Positions 35,025 through 37,725 of a stretch of DNA of 37,725 nt are shown piece after piece (positions within the stretch are counted from its first letter, which is position 1; every line of letters begins with the position of its first letter). The translations under genes and the position numbers were made by a program. Source of the stretch: an uncultured Planctomycetaceae bacterium (lineage in GTDB: Bacteria; Planctomycetota; Planctomycetia; Pirellulales; UBA1268); assembly GCA_964003275.1 (NCBI GenBank), contig CAXFJI010000001.1, positions 1-37,725 on the forward strand, in the 5' to 3' direction. A model generated the notes under the pieces. That model did not search any database. It was not told the DNA's origin and saw only the letters and a program-made list of their open reading frames with translations.

Positions 35025-36530
35025 TCATGTGTTGATGATGTCATGGATGACATGGCCATGTACGTTTGTAAGGCGACGTTCAAGTCCATTATGGTAAAAG
35101 GTGAGTCGTTCGTGATCGAGACCCATTAAATGAAGAAGTGTGGCATTGAAGTCGTAGACAGTTTGCGTATTGATTTCTGCTTTGAATCCAAATTCGTCAC
35201 TCTGACCATGGCTATGCCCTTTTTTTACTCCTGCTCCCGTAAGAAAACAGGTGAAGGCACCTGGGTTATGATCACGCCCAGTTCCATTCGCTTGAAGGAA
35301 TGGCATCCGTCCAAACTCAGTCGCCCACACCACAAGCGTGTGATCAAGAAGACCACGTTGTTTCATGTCAGCAAGTAAAGCCGCCGTAGGCTGATCCATG
35401 ATCTCAGCCTGCATTGCATGCGTTTTCAGTATGTCAGAGTGAGAGTCCCAGTTTGTGATACCATTACCACCGGATGGATCACTGCCATTGAAAAGTTGAA
35501 CAACACGAACACCTTTTTCAACAAGACGTCTTGCCAGAATGCAATTTTTTGCATATTCGCGACGAAGATCACTCCCTTGATTGACGCCATAAGCAGTCAA
35601 TGTTTTCTCTGTTTCACCGGAGAGATCCATGACATCAGGAACGGAAGTTTGCATCCGTCCTGCTAACTCATAGCTTGCAATACGGCCTGCAAGGTTGGCA
35701 TCTCCCGGATACTTTTCAAGGTGTGAAGCATTGAGTCGCTTGAGTAAATCAAGCGCCATTCTATCGTCTTCAGGACGTAGACTTTCAGGTCGTCTCAGAT
35801 TATTTGGCGGATTCTTTGCATTGAAGTCGGTTCCTTGAAATGCAGCCGGCAGGAAACCATTCCCAAAATTATTCTTTCCGCTCCGCGCCAAACCGCGTGG
35901 ATCATTAATCGCGACAAACGCAGGAAGTTCTTGATCCTCCGTTCCAAGTGCATACGTGACCCATGCACCGAATGATGGAAAACCTTCCATCGTAAATCCT
36001 GTATTCATAAAGTTTTCACCCTGAGGGTGAGCGCTCGTATCGGTTGTCAGAGAATGCAGGAAGCAGAAATCATCGACCTGTTCAGCAAGATTGGGGAGTA
36101 ACTCCGACACCATCTTGCCAGTTTCACCACGTGGCTTAAAGTCCCAAAATGGTTTGGCAATGTTTCCACTTGGGCCCTCAAATGTGACAGCTGGTAACCC
36201 AGGTGGCTTCTGTCCATGAAATTTGAAGAGTGCTGGTTTGTAATCGAATGTATCAACGTGACTTACAGCACCAGGAAGATAAATGACCAATACTTGTCGA
36301 GCTAAGGTTTTGAAGTGTGGCGGACGTGGCAAGTAGGGATTATTTGGGTCAATATCTGGACGAATAGGTGTTTTTCCACTGAAGCCGGTAGATGTTTCTG
36401 CAAGTAATCCCTCTTTACAGAGCAGAGCAGTCAGTCCAAGTCCTGCAGCCGAAAGACCAGATGTTCCAAGAAATTCACGGCGGTTCAATAAATGACGCCC
36501 GTGAAGCGATAGTTTTTCTGGGTTCGACAT
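35025..36530 (-). CDS. DUF1501 family protein with twin-arginine signal (second copy)
   Basis: The Tat motif is LLNRREFLGTSGLSAAGLGLTAL. Core motifs are LPGAVSHVDTFDYKP and NWDSH...LVVWATEFGRMP...GRDHNP. The ATG at 36530 lies 9 nt after the stop of the upstream PSD1 gene. Confidence 0.9.
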   Translation of the reverse strand: MSNPEKLSLHGRHLLNRREFLGTSGLSAAGLGLTALLCKEGLLAETSTGFSGKTPIRPDIDPNNPYLPRPPHFKTLARQVLVIYLPGAVSHVDTFDYKPALFKFHGQKPPGLPAVTFEGPSGNIAKPFWDFKPRGETGKMVSELLPNLAEQVDDFCFLHSLTTDTSAHPQGENFMNTGFTMEGFPSFGAWVTYALGTEDQELPAFVAINDPRGLARSGKNNFGNGFLPAAFQGTDFNAKNPPNNLRRPESLRPEDDRMALDLLKRLNASHLEKYPGDANLAGRIASYELAGRMQTSVPDVMDLSGETEKTLTAYGVNQGSDLRREYAKNCILARRLVEKGVRVVQLFNGSDPSGGNGITNWDSHSDILKTHAMQAEIMDQPTAALLADMKQRGLLDHTLVVWATEFGRMPFLQANGTGRDHNPGAFTCFLTGAGVKKGHSHGQSDEFGFKAEINTQTVYDFNATLLHLMGLDHERLTFYHNGLERRLTNVHGHVIHDIINT

Positions 36531-36539
36531 CAAGCCACC

Positions 36540-37725
36540 TTAGGGGAGAAATGCAAATTCATTTGAATTAATGAGAGCCCGACAAACCATTGAAAGATCA
36601 TTATGGTCAATGAGTTGCGAACATGCATCTCGTTCGTCTATTGTTGGCTGTCGACCAAGCAAAAGCTCAAAACAGCGAGTGATTGCCTTAGAAGCATTCC
36701 CTTTGCAGTCATTTGTGGCGCGTTGGGCTATTTGCCGAGACTGATCAATGACAAAAGTACTATTCATCAGATTGAGTGCCTGAAGCGGAGTGGTTGAGAT
36801 TGGTCGCTTGGCACGAACCTGTCCGCAGTCTGGAAAATCAAAAGCCGTGAAAAGCTGGTCATCTACGCGGCGCATACGCTCTTGATAGATCATCCTCCGC
36901 CATGTCTGAGGGCCGTTATTGTCGATCACTTTCCATTGGGCATATGTTTTCTTTTCATTGTGGATGCGATAACTCCGTCCTCCCACCGCCAAATCGAGGT
37001 TGCCAGCAGCTTGGAGGATGGCATCACGAATGACCTCAGCTTCCATACGCTTGGGAGGAAATCGCCAGAGAAGCTTTGAGTCTGCATCAATGCGCAGACC
37101 TTCCTCGTGGGGTTGACTGGATTGTTGAAACGCCTTGGAAAGAACCATTTGACCAATGAGGGACTTCATCGACCATGCAGACGCCCCTTTGGTTTGTGGA
37201 GATACGAACTCAGCAGCAAGCCAATCGAGTAATTCTTTGTGTGAGGGCGATGCTCCAGCATGGCCAAAGTCACCAGTTGTCGACACGAGACCATTTCCAA
37301 AAACATGATGCCATATACGATTTACCATAACACGTGCTGTGAGTGGATTTTCTGGATCCGTTATCCAATTTGCAAAGGCTCGTCTTCTTTGTGGCCCTGA
37401 TGATTCAGATGTCATGCCAAGATCACCATTGAGCAGTAGTGGTGCCGCCGGAAAGATTTCATCGCGAGGGTTTTCAGGACTACCCCGGAGGAGAACACGT
37501 GTGACAACTGGATCAATCATCCGCCCAACAAAACTTGGACGTGGCCCTTCTTCCAAAAGTTGATTGATCAGCCCTTGAAGATGCCCCAGCAATGCTTTTC
37601 GTTCCGGATGAAGTTCAGGTAGTTTTTTATTGACATACCAAGAGCCAACCCACGGCTGCCATTCATCATTGTCATCGAGAATCTCGATATCAAACTCATA
37701 TCGCGGCAGCCCAGGCTTCTTTTCT
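36540..37725 (-). CDS. PSD1 (DUF1553)-containing protein, C-terminal part; the N-terminus lies beyond the right window edge
   Basis: The ORF track starts it at an internal TTG (37592), but I checked that the frame stays open to 37725 (...EKKPGLPRYEFDIEILDDNDEWQPWVGSWYVNKKLPELHPERKALLGHL...). Motifs: RRRAFANWITDPENPLTARVMVNRIWHHVFGNGLV, ELLDWLA, and the C-terminal ALINSNEFAFLP. Confidence 0.85.
   Translation of the reverse strand, partial: EKKPGLPRYEFDIEILDDNDEWQPWVGSWYVNKKLPELHPERKALLGHLQGLINQLLEEGPRPSFVGRMIDPVVTRVLLRGSPENPRDEIFPAAPLLLNGDLGMTSESSGPQRRRAFANWITDPENPLTARVMVNRIWHHVFGNGLVSTTGDFGHAGASPSHKELLDWLAAEFVSPQTKGASAWSMKSLIGQMVLSKAFQQSSQPHEEGLRIDADSKLLWRFPPKRMEAEVIRDAILQAAGNLDLAVGGRSYRIHNEKKTYAQWKVIDNNGPQTWRRMIYQERMRRVDDQLFTAFDFPDCGQVRAKRPISTTPLQALNLMNSTFVIDQSRQIAQRATNDCKGNASKAITRCFELLLGRQPTIDERDACSQLIDHNDLSMVCRALINSNEFAFLP

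Noticed and set aside
1-37725. Whole-window look for CRISPR arrays, tandem repeats, tRNA/rRNA genes, transposases, integrases, toxin-antitoxin pairs or known defence genes
   Set aside because: I saw no spaced repeat arrays, no cloverleaf-like sequences in any intergenic gap and no recombinase-like ORFs. Composition looks uniform, so nothing suggests a mobile or recently acquired island. This was a visual scan only, and dedicated tools could still find small RNAs.

Overview
By gene content this is a chromosomal window from a Planctomycetota/PVC-type bacterium, mid-40s % GC by eye (not computed). It has repeated PSCyt/DUF1549/DUF1553 genes paired with Tat-signal DUF1501 genes, a Pirellula/Verrucomicrobium-type dehydrogenase-cytochrome c protein and several formylglycine-type sulfatases. 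I can support 29 protein-coding genes. Two are cut by the window edges: 1..1844(-) is absent from the ORF track, and 36540..37725(-) appears there only as a shorter fragment. I hand-translated both. I saw no rRNA, tRNA, CRISPR array, transposase, integrase or recognisable defence gene. Layout, left to right: (1) a dehydrogenase/cytochrome c gene overlapping a PSCyt gene on the minus strand. (2) A secreted EF-hand protein. (3) A 13-kb co-directional block: DUF1549/1553, DUF1501, PQQ-like beta-propeller, ThuA-like, and four sulfatase domains in three ORFs, one of them a tandem fusion. (4) DUF485-ActP-GNAT. (5) A minus-strand housekeeping string: sigma70, apt, mnmA, floA and a small acidic ORF. 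(6) An esterase divergent from a beta-barrel porin candidate. (7) A tightly coupled homospermidine synthase / GadB-type glutamate decarboxylase / HEAT-repeat operon, followed by a membrane-anchored animal-type DNase I homologue. (8) crcB, DUF3500, DUF1501 and a PSD1 gene. I found no clear-cut novel system such as a defence island or mobile element. The best second-look candidates are the hss-gad-HEAT operon, the DNase I-like nuclease with an SD-occluding hairpin, the fused double sulfatase, and the recurring PSCyt/DUF1501(/DUF3500) modules of unknown function. All family calls rest on motifs I recognised by eye, not on searches. Where the ORF track began at an upstream alternative start, I trimmed to the ATG with a signal peptide and/or Shine-Dalgarno (SD) sequence.
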